A stretch of 64,000 nt of DNA, taken from Eubacteriales bacterium. Lineage in GTDB: Bacteria > Bacillota > Clostridia > Tissierellales > Dethiosulfatibacteraceae. Location: the NCBI GenBank assembly GCA_030694905.1, contig JAUYTY010000211.1, forward strand, positions 3,652-67,651, given 5' to 3'. Below, one piece after another: positions 44,769 to 55,072 of the stretch. The first letter of the stretch is position 1; each line of letters begins with the position of its first letter. The position numbers and the translations under genes were made by a program. The notes under the pieces were generated by a model. The model saw nothing but the letters and a program-made list of their open reading frames with translations, had not been told where the DNA came from and did no database searches.

Positions 44769-46459
44769 TGAGAGAAATTTTCATATTGACTAGAGCGAGC
44801 CTAATCAACAATTTTAATCTGCATTCGCTTAATCCGGCAAATTTCAATCAATATAGGAATATGAAGGAAGCAAGAAAGGTATTGCTGTTCATCTTTGTCG
44901 TCGTCGCCTTGATGCCGGCCTATGTTCTCTACATCAGGTTGATGAGGCAGATAGGGTTTTCTTTTCTGATGATTAATCAGGAATCCTATTTCATGGCACT
45001 GGCTCACTATGCATCTGTCATGATGGTGTTTTTTCTAGGATTGACTTATGTCCTTTCCTATTACTATTTTTCGAGAGATACTGATATGCTGATACCACTT
45101 CCTGTCAAAGGGAGGAGCATCATCATCTCAAAATTCATCTCTCTCCTGGTATTTGAGTATTTTGTGTTGGGTATCTTTATCATACCTGCAATCATCATAA
45201 ATCACAGTCTGGTTGGTGGTGGACTGGTCTACTATCTCAAGGCCATGCTGGTGTTTCTTCTGACACCTGTGGTGCCTTTGTCCCTTGCATCTGTCATCAT
45301 CATCACCATCATGAAGTTCACAAACATTAAAGGCAAAAAGGATCTGATTCGCGTTGTCTCCATGTTTCTGTTCCTGTTTGTGTTTCTAGGTCTTCAAATC
45401 GTTATACAAAGGGCCATGATGAATATCCCTTTTGGCAACGAGCAGGAATTCTTTTCGAAGCTTTTTACGGATAACCGGTATATGATTGATATGCTGGGAC
45501 GGTTTTATCCATTATCCAAATGGGCTGCTTTAGGCCTTGCTGACAACAGCATGGCCGCTTTAACCGGATTGGTGGGATTGTTGTTGACGAGCATTGTTTT
45601 TTTTACCGCAGTGGTTCTTTTCAGTGAAAAGATGTATCTTGGCGGGATTATAGGTGGCAACGAAACACAGTCCAAAAAGAAAGCTCTATCAAAGGAAGAA
45701 TTTGTAAAGGCGTCCGGAAAGGTTTCAAGCAGCTTTATGGCCATTTTCAGGGTTGATCTGATTACCCTGATCAAAACGCCAATCTATATGTTCAACTGTG
45801 TCAGCATAGTGGTGCTGGTTCCGTTCATATTCTTGGTCATGCCTGCCTTGACCGGTGTATCCTCGGACATGGATGTTTTTATTGGTATCTATGAGTCCAA
45901 CGTGAAGCTTTTTGCTTTCGGTCTTGCAGGAGCCTATATGCTTTTTGCAGCCCTCAATCCAACAGCTTCAACCACATTCTCAAGGGAAGGAAAAACCTTT
46001 TATATCACCCGAATCATCCCCGTTGCAGCGAAGGATCATATTGTTGGGAGGGCGCTAGCCCCTGTCCTGATGCAGATTTTTACAATAATAGTGGTTTCAT
46101 TCGGTATACGATTTTACATCCCATTAGACCTCAGCACAATGGTGATATCGGCTTTTCTTGGCTTTGCGGCATCCCTGCCTGTGATTCTGTCAGGCATACT
46201 CATCGATATCAGCCGTCCATTGCTTGATTGGGATAACCCACAGAGGGCAGTGAAGCAGAATATGAATGTCATTATCGCTATGGCTATCGGCGCCATCATG
46301 GCCTTAGCCATCGGTTTCCTGACCTATCTGATGATCAATATCAATTTGGCAACTTTGATCATTCTATTGATTGACCTGATTATTATTGTAGCACTCATCT
46401 ATGTCGTGTATAATTTACTTACCAGGCGTATAACCTACCAGCTAGCAAATATGGAATAG
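44768..46459 (+). CDS. Large polytopic membrane protein, putative ABC exporter permease partner
   Basis: 563 aa with many predicted TM segments. Start coupled to the ATPase stop (TAATG). Confidence 0.5.
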   Translation: MREIFILTRASLINNFNLHSLNPANFNQYRNMKEARKVLLFIFVVVALMPAYVLYIRLMRQIGFSFLMINQESYFMALAHYASVMMVFFLGLTYVLSYYYFSRDTDMLIPLPVKGRSIIISKFISLLVFEYFVLGIFIIPAIIINHSLVGGGLVYYLKAMLVFLLTPVVPLSLASVIIITIMKFTNIKGKKDLIRVVSMFLFLFVFLGLQIVIQRAMMNIPFGNEQEFFSKLFTDNRYMIDMLGRFYPLSKWAALGLADNSMAALTGLVGLLLTSIVFFTAVVLFSEKMYLGGIIGGNETQSKKKALSKEEFVKASGKVSSSFMAIFRVDLITLIKTPIYMFNCVSIVVLVPFIFLVMPALTGVSSDMDVFIGIYESNVKLFAFGLAGAYMLFAALNPTASTTFSREGKTFYITRIIPVAAKDHIVGRALAPVLMQIFTIIVVSFGIRFYIPLDLSTMVISAFLGFAASLPVILSGILIDISRPLLDWDNPQRAVKQNMNVIIAMAIGAIMALAIGFLTYLMININLATLIILLIDLIIIVALIYVVYNLLTRRITYQLANME

Positions 46460-46470
46460 AGGAGTTTTTC

Positions 46471-47613
46471 ATGATCGATCAGATTATAGCGTTATCAGCC
46501 AGCAAGAGAGAAGAAATTTTTAGGGTTTATAATGACTTGCACGCCATCCCCGAATTGGCCATGCAGGAATATAAGACCTCAGCCTATCTCGCTGAATACC
46601 TCATAAAAAATGGATTTGAAGTGATGTCCGGAATTGCGGGAACCGGTTTGACAGCTTCACTACAAGGGGTCGAGCCTGGTCCAGTGCTTTCCATCAGAGC
46701 CGACATGGATGCCCTTAACCACATCATTGACGGCAAGAAGGTAGCGATGCACTCCTGTGGTCATGATGCCCATTCTACTATGGGATTGTTCACCGGGATT
46801 TTAGCGAAGGAATTAGATATAGTGAAACGCGGAACCCTAAAATTGATTTTTCAACCTTCTGAGGAGCAGGAAACCACCAGCGGCGCTAGAGCCATGGCAA
46901 AGGCAGGTGTTTTGGATGATGTGGATATGTGCGTGGGAATACACCTTCGTCCCATTGAAGAGGCCAAGCTGGGTGAGGCTATCTCTGCCTTGAGACACGG
47001 TGCCCTTACGATTATTGTCGCATCCATCCATGGCGAGACCTCCCATTCAGGACGCCCTCACATGGGAAAAAACCCGATAGATGCCATGGCAGCCATCATC
47101 AATGCCATTAATGCCATCTGGATAGACCCCACCATCCCCACATCCGCCAAGCTGATTGCCATCAATGCAGGCGATGCCCGAACCACATCAATTCCTGAAT
47201 TGGGACAGCTTGCAGTAGATCTGAGAGCCAATACCAATGAGGCCATGTCTTTGCTGATCAATAAGGTCAAAAATGCCATTCTGACCGGCGCATCTACTGT
47301 AGGTTGCAGGGCAGAGATTACTGTAGTTCCCGGATTGCCTGCAGCGGTCTATGATGACAGCATGATTCAGATTGCCAGCCAGTCTATTGTTGAGATTCTG
47401 GGTGACAAGGGATTGCTGGGCGAAAGAACAACAACAGGGTCTGAGGATTTCCATGAATTTACAAAGGCAAAGCCCTCCCTAAAAACAACCTATCTGGGTC
47501 TGGGCTGTGATCTGGTTCCGGGGCTTCATAATCCGGAAATGACTTTTAACAAGGATGCGATGCTGAACGGAATTAATATTTTGGTCAATATGGCACATAA
47601 AATTCTTGGATAG
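46471..47613 (+). CDS. M20D family amidohydrolase (N-acyl-L-amino acid amidohydrolase / hippurate hydrolase-like)
   Basis: 380 aa with MHSCGHDAH and IFQPSEE motifs. Confidence 0.8.
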   Translation: MIDQIIALSASKREEIFRVYNDLHAIPELAMQEYKTSAYLAEYLIKNGFEVMSGIAGTGLTASLQGVEPGPVLSIRADMDALNHIIDGKKVAMHSCGHDAHSTMGLFTGILAKELDIVKRGTLKLIFQPSEEQETTSGARAMAKAGVLDDVDMCVGIHLRPIEEAKLGEAISALRHGALTIIVASIHGETSHSGRPHMGKNPIDAMAAIINAINAIWIDPTIPTSAKLIAINAGDARTTSIPELGQLAVDLRANTNEAMSLLINKVKNAILTGASTVGCRAEITVVPGLPAAVYDDSMIQIASQSIVEILGDKGLLGERTTTGSEDFHEFTKAKPSLKTTYLGLGCDLVPGLHNPEMTFNKDAMLNGINILVNMAHKILG

Positions 47614-47687
47614 GGATAATGGACTCCGAATCATCGGATAAAAGATCAGACTTGAATTATACTACATACTATCATACAACAATAAGA

Positions 47688-47720
47688 AAGCCTCAGCAGT
47701 CCTTAAAACAGCTGAGGCTT
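47688..47720. terminator. Stem-loop terminator between convergent genes (U-rich tail on the minus strand, serving msrAB)
   Basis: AAGCCTCAGC - 13 nt - GCTGAGGCTT. Confidence 0.65.
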
Positions 47721-47748
47721 AATCATGCTATTATGTTTTTATTGCTTG

Positions 47749-48846
47749 CTAATCAAATAGTCTCATCAGATCGCCATATCCCTCTTTTTCCATGTCCTCA
47801 TAAGCGATAAACTTCAGGGATGCGCCATTGATGCAGTATCTCAGTCCACCCAGCTCCTTAGGACCGTCTTCGAAAAGATGGCCCAGATGGGAGTCTCCTA
47901 CCCTGCTTCTGACCTCTGTCCTGATCATGTTGAATGTTGTATCCTTTTCATACTCAATGACTTCCGCCTCGATTGGTTTCGCGAAACTTGGCCATCCGCA
48001 ATCGGAGTCAAACTTGTCCAAAGATGTGAACAGTGGCTCTCCAGTGACGATATCCACATAAATTCCTTTTCCATTGAAGTTCCAATACTCATGGGTAAAA
48101 GGCCTCTCGGTGGCTGCATTTTGGGTAACCTGGTACTCCAAATCTGTCAGGTTTTGCTTGATGATTTCATCTTCCGGCTTGATGTATTTATCAGGATCTA
48201 TGATAATATCATCCGCCAGATTCAGATCGATGTGGCAGTAACCGTTTGGATTCTTTTTGAGATAGTCCTGGTGATACTCCTCTGCTAGATAGTAGTGTCT
48301 CAATGGTTCCACTTGAACCACTATGGGCTTGGTGTAATTGACTTGCTCGTCGGCGATGATTTTGTTGATGACAGCCAATTGGGCCTCATCTGTGTAGTAG
48401 ATGCCTGTCCTGTACTGAGTGCCCACGTCATTGCCCTGCTTGTTGACACTGGTGGGATCGATGACTCTGAAATAGTACAGCAGCAATGTCCTCAAGTCCA
48501 CTACCTCTGAATCATATCTAACATGTACCGTTTCGGCATGGCCGGTATTCTTGTAAAGAACGTCTTCATACTTGGGGTTTTCTGTCGTTCCGTTTGCATA
48601 GCCGGAAGTCACATCAAACACGCCTGGCAGCCTGTCCATGTATTCCTCCAAACCCCAGAAGCATCCTCCCGCTAGGTGGATTTCTTTCATCACGATTTCA
48701 CTTTCCTCCTTTGTTTGTTTTACTGTCACGGCTGTATTCTCATTGTTGGTTGTTTCCTGCTTTTTATTGGCATTTATATATTTTGGAATCAAAGCTAATC
48801 CAATCACTCCTAAAACCACAGCCAGTATAATCCCTTTACTTGGCAT
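47749..48846 (-). CDS. msrAB: Membrane-anchored bifunctional methionine sulfoxide reductase MsrA-MsrB
   Basis: 365 aa. N-terminal TM helix, MsrA GGCFWG motif and Msr[10 protein letters not shown] motif. Confidence 0.9.
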   Translation of the reverse strand: MPSKGIILAVVLGVIGLALIPKYINANKKQETTNNENTAVTVKQTKEESEIVMKEIHLAGGCFWGLEEYMDRLPGVFDVTSGYANGTTENPKYEDVLYKNTGHAETVHVRYDSEVVDLRTLLLYYFRVIDPTSVNKQGNDVGTQYRTGIYYTDEAQLAVINKIIADEQVNYTKPIVVQVEPLRHYYLAEEYHQDYLKKNPNGYCHIDLNLADDIIIDPDKYIKPEDEIIKQNLTDLEYQVTQNAATERPFTHEYWNFNGKGIYVDIVTGEPLFTSLDKFDSDCGWPSFAKPIEAEVIEYEKDTTFNMIRTEVRSRVGDSHLGHLFEDGPKELGGLRYCINGASLKFIAYEDMEKEGYGDLMRLFD

Positions 48847-48938
48847 TCTATTCCTCCTTCATCATATTGATGACTTATTGCAAAAATTGTTTACATAATC
48901 ATTATAATACAAAATAATGATTTTGCAAATGATTTTCA

Positions 48939-49706
48939 TTAACAATAAGCGGAGATTTCTTTTTTATATGCCAAATACTTTTCCGAGTGCATGATAGACT
49001 TGTTCCTAGGTCTGTCAAAGTCAATCTTCAATTCATGCAGGACATGTCCAGGTCTTTCGCTTAAAACGTAAATACGGTCAGATAAAAATATAGCCTCATC
49101 AACGTCATGGGTAATAAACAGCACCGACTTCTGATAGGTTTGCCAGATATTCAGAAGCCACTCCTGCATTCCACCCCTGGTCATGGCATCCAATGCGCCG
49201 AATGGCTCGTCTAGGAGCATGATATTGCTGTCTACCAGAAATGTTCTCAATAATGCCGCTCGCTGTCTCATCCCTCCGGAAAGCTGGTTGGGATAGGCCT
49301 GTTCAAACCCTGTCAGCCCGAACTCGTCTATGTGCTCTGAAGCCAATTTCTGACTTTTCTCTCTTGAAAAGCCTTTAAGCTCCAAAGGCAGTATGACGTT
49401 ATCCATGATCTTCCTCCAGGGCATCAGGAGATCCTTTTGCTGCATATAGCTTATGGTTTCTCTTGAGTCTTTTACCGGCACATCATTGATCAGGATTTCT
49501 CCCTGAAATGAACCCTCAATCTTTGTGATGAGACGAAATATGGTGCTTTTCCCGCAACCGCTTGGTCCGACGATTGATACGAACTCCTTGTCATTCAATG
49601 CAAGGCTCACATCATCCAGGGTATCAAGTCTCTTCCCCTGATCCATCCTATAGGTTTTGGATACATTTTTCAGAACAACCCTAGATGCCATGTTATCACA
49701 CCCCAT
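48939..49706 (-). CDS. thiZ: ABC transporter ATP-binding protein, NitT/TauT family (ThiZ-like)
   Basis: Walker A GPSGCGKST, signature SGGMRQR. An alternative start is MASRVV at 49691. Confidence 0.7.
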   Translation of the reverse strand: MGCDNMASRVVLKNVSKTYRMDQGKRLDTLDDVSLALNDKEFVSIVGPSGCGKSTIFRLITKIEGSFQGEILINDVPVKDSRETISYMQQKDLLMPWRKIMDNVILPLELKGFSREKSQKLASEHIDEFGLTGFEQAYPNQLSGGMRQRAALLRTFLVDSNIMLLDEPFGALDAMTRGGMQEWLLNIWQTYQKSVLFITHDVDEAIFLSDRIYVLSERPGHVLHELKIDFDRPRNKSIMHSEKYLAYKKEISAYC

Positions 49707-50689
49707 TATTGCAGAAAGTCGTTGGTAAATGCCTTCTTCGATTCAACCCTGTTGGTTATGAATCCGTTCTCAAAAAGCCAGTCCGTGTATCTGTCCCAAG
49801 TTTCTTCATTTTGATATCCCCAGTATTCTGCATCGTCAATGTATTTTGTTGACAGAAATACCTGACTGGCCTTGACCAGGTCAGCATTCAGCTCAGGCGC
49901 GCTGTTGAGAAAGATCAGTGCTGATTTTTCGGGATTTTCCACAGCAAATTCATAGCCCCTTGCCAGGGCTCTCATGAATCTCTCCACCAGATCCTTGTTC
50001 TCTGCGATAAGCTTTTCACTGGTGATGATGACAGGCGTGTAGTAGTCAAACACTTCAGCCTCATGGCCTAGATCTATGTAATTGACATCAAAGCCTTTAA
50101 GCCCTGCTTCGATGACAGACCAACCCTCATAGACCCAGGCAAAATCCACCTGACCCGTCTGGCTGGCTGCAAAGAAATCTATATCGCCAATAGTCACTAT
50201 CTCGACTAGAGAGATATCCGCACCATCCTGTTCCATGAGATAGGCAAGAGTCGCTATCTCTATGGGAGATCCCCATCCGCCGTATTTTTTACCCTCAAAG
50301 TCCTTGGGAGATAGAATTCCCTTTTCTTTGAGAGACATGAATCCTGAGGTGTTGTGCTGGATGACCGAAGCAACTGAGACTACAGGAATCCCTTCTGATC
50401 TGGCGAAGGTCACGCTCTCCTGGTAGCTCACCCCAAACTGGGCCGATCCTGATGCCACAAGCTGCTCGGCGGTGCTTTCACCTGGTTGTATAATCTCTAT
50501 TTCTATGCCTTCCTCTTGAAAATAACCTTTATCCTTGGCGATATAGACACCTGTATGATTGGTATTCGGAAACCAGTCCAATGTGAAGATTACCTTGTCG
50601 GGTTCACCTTCGGACGGTGTTTTAGCTTGGCATCCTGCCATTGTCAATAAAATTGTTGCTATCAGTATCAATGTCGCTATTTTTTTCAT
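49706..50689 (-). CDS. thiY: NMT1/THI5-like substrate-binding lipoprotein (ThiY-like pyrimidine-precursor binding protein)
   Basis: Start set to MKKIATLILIATILLTMAGC (lipobox). This ATG overlaps the permease stop (ATGA). The track's longer N-terminus lies inside the permease gene. Confidence 0.7.
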   Translation of the reverse strand: MKKIATLILIATILLTMAGCQAKTPSEGEPDKVIFTLDWFPNTNHTGVYIAKDKGYFQEEGIEIEIIQPGESTAEQLVASGSAQFGVSYQESVTFARSEGIPVVSVASVIQHNTSGFMSLKEKGILSPKDFEGKKYGGWGSPIEIATLAYLMEQDGADISLVEIVTIGDIDFFAASQTGQVDFAWVYEGWSVIEAGLKGFDVNYIDLGHEAEVFDYYTPVIITSEKLIAENKDLVERFMRALARGYEFAVENPEKSALIFLNSAPELNADLVKASQVFLSTKYIDDAEYWGYQNEETWDRYTDWLFENGFITNRVESKKAFTNDFLQ

Positions 50690-51474
50690 CTTAAGCTCCT
50701 TCTTTCGTTTGTCCACGGCATGGCTTTTCTGCCTATGGCATCTATTACGGCTACAAATATCAATGTTATGGCAATGATGAATATGATGACGGCAAACAGA
50801 GCCGGTGTTCTGTAGGATTTCATAACCCTTGTCATGAATATGCCCAAACCTTCCTGGGCGCCAACCCACTCAGAGACCACCGCACCCATGACGCTGTAAG
50901 TGGCTGCTATCCTCAAGCCTGCAAAAAACGATGGCATGGAAGCCGGTAGCTTGCACTTTAAGAAAATCTGTGATTCGCTGGCGTCCATGGTCTTCATCAA
51001 ATCAATCAGCTCAGGATCCACAGATGAAAGGCCTTCTGTCAGGCTGACCGCTATGGGAAAAAAGCAAACAAGCACCACAACTATTATCTTTGGTGTCAAA
51101 CCAAAGCCAAACCAGATCATCATCAGCGGTGCGATTGCCATGATCGGCACAGTCTGTGTGATGACCATCATGGGGTAAAGCAGCTCCTTTATGTATTGAT
51201 ACCTGTCCATAGCGATGGATAAAAACACACTCAGAAACAGCGCGATAGAAAAACCCGCCAGAACTTCAATCACTGTAATCCTGGCATGCATCAACAGAAG
51301 CGGGAACGAATCGATCAGCTCCAGCCAGATCGCATAAGGTGAAGGCAATATATAGTTCGGTGTTTCGAGTATGGCTGTCACAAACTGCCATAGCAAAAGG
51401 ATCCCCACATAAAACAGAGATATCGATGCCCTGTTGATAAGCCTTCTATTATCTGTACTTGTAGGTTTTTTCAT
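50686..51474 (-). CDS. thiX: ABC transporter permease, NitT/TauT family (ThiX-like)
   Basis: 262 aa, six TM segments, binding-protein-dependent permease signature region. Confidence 0.7.
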   Translation of the reverse strand: MKKPTSTDNRRLINRASISLFYVGILLLWQFVTAILETPNYILPSPYAIWLELIDSFPLLLMHARITVIEVLAGFSIALFLSVFLSIAMDRYQYIKELLYPMMVITQTVPIMAIAPLMMIWFGFGLTPKIIVVVLVCFFPIAVSLTEGLSSVDPELIDLMKTMDASESQIFLKCKLPASMPSFFAGLRIAATYSVMGAVVSEWVGAQEGLGIFMTRVMKSYRTPALFAVIIFIIAITLIFVAVIDAIGRKAMPWTNERRSLR

Positions 51475-51739
51475 CCATGGTCACACCTTTCGGAGAATAG
51501 TCTATCTTCACAAAGGACAATACCCTGACAGCGCCCTCATTGACGCATATTTCCTGAGCCTTTTCCACAATTTTCAGCAACTCGGGCAACTCACCCTCCA
51601 TTGTTGTCTCCATAGGGCCGACCTCATGCTTGACACCTGTGCTTTGGATATATTCGATTACCTTATCCACTACGGGATATATGTCTTCCACGTTTGGAAT
51701 TTTTGGAACGATCTGCAAACTCAGATTGATTGTTGGCAT
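51449..51739 (-). CDS. MTH1187/YkoF family thiamine-binding protein (DUF77)
   Basis: Start at MPTINLSLQIVP after GGAGGCTAAA. Small ACT-like fold protein. First gene behind the TPP riboswitch. Confidence 0.7.
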   Translation of the reverse strand: MPTINLSLQIVPKIPNVEDIYPVVDKVIEYIQSTGVKHEVGPMETTMEGELPELLKIVEKAQEICVNEGAVRVLSFVKIDYSPKGVTMDEKTYKYR

Positions 51740-51761
51740 TTTTAGCCTCCTTATCTTTAGA

Positions 51762-51791
51762 CAAAAAAACAACTACCGGTCTGGTAGTTGT
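51762..51791 (-). terminator. Expression-platform terminator of the TPP riboswitch
   Basis: Minus strand: CAACTACC-AGAC-GGTAGTTG followed by TTTTTTT. Confidence 0.75.
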
Positions 51792-51827
51792 CGTTGTAGG
51801 TATTTGGTTGTTTTGGTTTGTTGTTGA

Positions 51828-51918
51828 AAGAAGCTCCCTACGCTGGCATTATCCAGATCAGGTAAATGGTCAGAATAGTATCAATTCGATCTCAGCCAAT
51901 CCTTTGGCTCCCATGTCC
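51828..51918 (-). promoter_or_regulatory. TPP (THI-box) riboswitch aptamer
   Basis: Minus strand reads ...GGGAGCCAAAGGATTGGCTGAGATCG...ACCTGATCTGGATAATGCCAGCGTAGGGA. This contains the conserved CTGAGA and ACCTGATCTGGATAATGCCAGCG blocks. Confidence 0.9.
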
Positions 51919-51925
51919 TGATTGA

Positions 51926-51955
51926 ATTATATAGCAGTAAGGATGAAGGTGTCAA
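51926..51955 (-). promoter_or_regulatory. Sigma-A promoter for the TPP-riboswitch transcript
   Basis: Minus strand: TTGACA - 16 to 18 nt - TATATAAT. Confidence 0.55.
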
Positions 51956-51964
51956 GACCAATTT

Positions 51965-53134
51965 CTATATTCTGGCGACTCCTGAGTCTCTAGCCGCCTG
52001 TCTGACAGCTTCAGCCACTTTCTCCATATATCCTTGGTCAAAAGCCAATGGAAGAATACAGTCAACACTTAGCTTGTCACCGACAGCATCCGCCAACGCC
52101 AACGCTGCGGCCATCTTCATAGGCTCATTGATGTCTGATGCCCTCACATCCAAGGCTCCTCTGAATATTCCCGGGAATGCCAATACGTTGTTGACCTGAT
52201 TAGGAAAATCGGAACGTCCAGTCCCAACGATAAATGCTCCCGCTTCTTTGGCAAGATCAGGCATGATTTCGGGTAATGGATTGGCCATCGGCAGAACAAT
52301 TGATTTTTCATTCATGGATGCCACCATCTCTTTTGTGACAACATCAGGCGCTGATACGCCTATGAATATATCCGCTCCAACCATAGCATCTGCCAGAGTA
52401 CCGTCTCTGTTGCTCTTGTTGGTAGTGTCTGCCAATCCCTGCTTGAATGGATCCAGATTTTTCCTGTTCTTGCTGATAATGCCTGTCCTGTCACACATGA
52501 AGATATCTTTTATCCCTAGGCTGATCAATAGTTTGGCTATCGAGTTTCCTGCCGCACCGGAGCCATTGATGACAGCTGTGACATCCTGAATCTTTTTATC
52601 CGCCAGTTTCAAAGCATTGATGATAGCGGCTGATGTGACAATGGCCGTTCCATGCTGGTCATCATGGAACACAGGTATGTTCATGATTTTCTTGAGCTTC
52701 TCTTCTATCTCGAAGCACCTTGGCGCTGCGATGTCCTCCAGATTGATACCGCCAAATACAGGCTCCATCATTTTTACAATCCTGACAATCTCATCCGGAT
52801 CTGTGGTATCCAGACAGATTGGGAACGCATCCACATTGCCAAACTCCTTGAACAAAACGCATTTGCCCTCCATTACGGGTATAGACGCAGCGGCTCCTAT
52901 ATCTCCAAGACCCAGTACCGCTGTGCCGTCTGATACAACGGCAATCAAATTTGACTTTGATGTGTAGTCATAAACCTTTGAGGGATCCTTGTGTATTTCA
53001 CGGCAAGGCTCAGCCACGCCTGGTGTGTATGCTATTGATAAGTCTTCCTTATTTTTAACCGGTACCTTACTGTTGACTGTTATCTTACCCACCAATCTCT
53101 TATGTAGATCCAATGCCATTTGATTATAGTCCAT
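51965..53134 (-). CDS. NAD(P)-dependent malic enzyme (short form)
   Basis: 389 aa. LSIAYTPGVA and VSDGTAVLGLGDIG motifs. Confidence 0.9.
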   Translation of the reverse strand: MDYNQMALDLHKRLVGKITVNSKVPVKNKEDLSIAYTPGVAEPCREIHKDPSKVYDYTSKSNLIAVVSDGTAVLGLGDIGAAASIPVMEGKCVLFKEFGNVDAFPICLDTTDPDEIVRIVKMMEPVFGGINLEDIAAPRCFEIEEKLKKIMNIPVFHDDQHGTAIVTSAAIINALKLADKKIQDVTAVINGSGAAGNSIAKLLISLGIKDIFMCDRTGIISKNRKNLDPFKQGLADTTNKSNRDGTLADAMVGADIFIGVSAPDVVTKEMVASMNEKSIVLPMANPLPEIMPDLAKEAGAFIVGTGRSDFPNQVNNVLAFPGIFRGALDVRASDINEPMKMAAALALADAVGDKLSVDCILPLAFDQGYMEKVAEAVRQAARDSGVARI

Positions 53135-53186
53135 TTTATAATCCTCCTATTTTATCCTTATTGACCGATAAATATCTTTACATATC

Positions 53187-53702
53187 TTATTGATCTGCCT
53201 TAAGCTTCCTCATTTTTTCTCGCATAAGGGGTTTGATGCCCCCAGCTTCCAATATACTCATGGCATAGTCGCCCAACTTGTCAGTTTTCAGAACTTCTCC
53301 AGTCTCTTTTACAGTCAATTCTCCTGCCTCAATATCCAGTTCGACCAGCTGACCATCCTTGACCTTCGAGCTGATTCCCTTGCATGTGATTAGGGGAAGT
53401 CCCAGATTGATTGCATTTCTGAAGAATATCCTGGCAAATGAGTCCGCCAGCACCACGCTGGAACCCATGTTGATGATGGCTATAGCGGCATGCTCCCTGC
53501 TTGATCCGCACCCGAAATTAGTTCCTGCCACTACGATATCGCCCTTTTGAAATTTTTCGGCGATTTCAGGACTGACACCACTCAGGCACCTCTTGCCTAT
53601 CTCCTCGGCGTTGGTGATTTCGAGAAATCTTCCGGGATAAATCTGGTCAGTATCAATATTGTTTCCTAGTACAATCACTTTTCCTGATATTTTAGTATCC
53701 AT
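53187..53702 (-). CDS. Aconitase-family dehydratase small subunit (LeuD/HacB-like)
   Basis: 171 aa with a GTNFGCGSSREHA motif. Confidence 0.8.
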   Translation of the reverse strand: MDTKISGKVIVLGNNIDTDQIYPGRFLEITNAEEIGKRCLSGVSPEIAEKFQKGDIVVAGTNFGCGSSREHAAIAIINMGSSVVLADSFARIFFRNAINLGLPLITCKGISSKVKDGQLVELDIEAGELTVKETGEVLKTDKLGDYAMSILEAGGIKPLMREKMRKLKADQ

Positions 53703-53703
53703 C

Positions 53704-54960
53704 TCATTTATCCCCCCTCTCTATCGGATTTGTCAGATAGCCCGTCAAGGCTGAAGCGGCAACAGTCGCTGGTGATGCCAAATATATCTTGGAATCCGTA
53801 CTACCCATCCTGCCCGGAAAATTTCTATTTGAGGTGGATACACAAACCTCTCCAGATGCTATGACCCCTTCATGAGCACTCAGACACGGTCCGCAACCAG
53901 GTGTTGATATAGTGGCACCGGCATCCATGAGTTCCTGCAAATAACCCTTCTTTATACTCTCCTGCATGACCTCGGTGGATGCGGGAATGACCAGCAGTCT
54001 GACCCACTTAGCTATCTTTTTATCTCTGAGTATATCCGCTGCCGCCTGAATATCTTCCAATCGTCCACCTGTACATGTGCCGACAAAGGCCTGATCTATT
54101 CTCACCTTTTCCACATCATCTAAATTAAAGACGTTGTCCACGCTTGATGGCGCTGCTACCTGAGGCTCAAGATCCGTCACTTCAAAATGATAGGTTTCGC
54201 TATATTGATAGCCATCGTCTGTAAAAACCACTTCAAAGGGTCTTACCGCTCTTTTTGATACATATTCCAGTACTTCGTCATTGGGTTGCATATAGGCTGT
54301 TTTTGCGCCCATCTCCACTGCCATATTGCAGATGACCATCCTACCGGCCACACCCAGCTGTTCAATATATGTTCCGGTAAAATCAATGGCCTTGTAGACA
54401 GCACCATCCGCTTTCAGCTTTCCAAGTACTAGCAGCACAACATCCTTGGGCATGACACCGTGCTTGGGTATTCCATCTATTCTGACCTCAATCACCTCAG
54501 GGACTCTGAACCAGAGCTCGCCTGTCATGAGTATTGTTGCCATATCGGTAGCCCCTACGCCCGTCCCAAGAGCACCAAATGCGCCGTGTGTGGTTGTGTG
54601 TGAATCAGTGGCTACCAGTATCATCCCGGGATAAACCAATCCTGCCTCAGGCATGACCTGATGGCAAACACCAGCATTGACGTCAAAATGATAGGTCAGG
54701 TCCTGCTCTCTTGCAAACTCCCGCATTTCCTTGTGAATCTGTGCCGATGCTATGGTCGGTGCTGGCGCGTAATGGTCGAATACAAAGGCCGCTCTGTCCT
54801 TATCCCATACCTTTTCGCCATCCATTTCGTAAAATGAATAAACTGTCTGGAGATACAGGTCGTTGATTTCTGCGAAGTCAACCTTTGCCATGACTATTTC
54901 TCCAGTCTCAACCAGTTCCCTGCCGCTATTTTTCGCTAAAATCTTTTCAATCGCATGCAT
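53704..54960 (-). CDS. Aconitase-family dehydratase large subunit (LeuC/HacA-like, short archaeal/clostridial type)
   Basis: 418 aa. VATDSHTTTHGAFGA and the Fe-S ligand region GTCTGG ... PGCGPC. Confidence 0.8.
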   Translation of the reverse strand: MHAIEKILAKNSGRELVETGEIVMAKVDFAEINDLYLQTVYSFYEMDGEKVWDKDRAAFVFDHYAPAPTIASAQIHKEMREFAREQDLTYHFDVNAGVCHQVMPEAGLVYPGMILVATDSHTTTHGAFGALGTGVGATDMATILMTGELWFRVPEVIEVRIDGIPKHGVMPKDVVLLVLGKLKADGAVYKAIDFTGTYIEQLGVAGRMVICNMAVEMGAKTAYMQPNDEVLEYVSKRAVRPFEVVFTDDGYQYSETYHFEVTDLEPQVAAPSSVDNVFNLDDVEKVRIDQAFVGTCTGGRLEDIQAAADILRDKKIAKWVRLLVIPASTEVMQESIKKGYLQELMDAGATISTPGCGPCLSAHEGVIASGEVCVSTSNRNFPGRMGSTDSKIYLASPATVAASALTGYLTNPIERGDK

Positions 54961-55072
54961 TGAAGTCCTCCTTTTTCCTCACTGAGATAACAAGCCGAGA
55001 ACAGACACTGCTGTCTGTTCTCGTCTTAACGTCTATCAAGTGTTATGAATCAATTCTATCACATCAGACACG

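Noticed and set aside
47621-47650. TCATCGGATAAAA matches 13 nt of the dispersed repeat flank, which might make it a fourth copy.
   Set aside because: Only a 13-nt exact match. Matches of that length are expected by chance many times in 64 kb on two strands, and the conserved core (GGGAGTCTTAGCACTGTT) is absent.
50690-50869. A 60-aa His/Cys/Arg-rich N-terminal extension of the ThiY-like binding protein ORF.
   Set aside because: It lies entirely inside the ThiX-like permease gene in another frame. The internal MKKIATL... start gives a proper lipoprotein signal peptide and an ATGA overlap with the permease stop.
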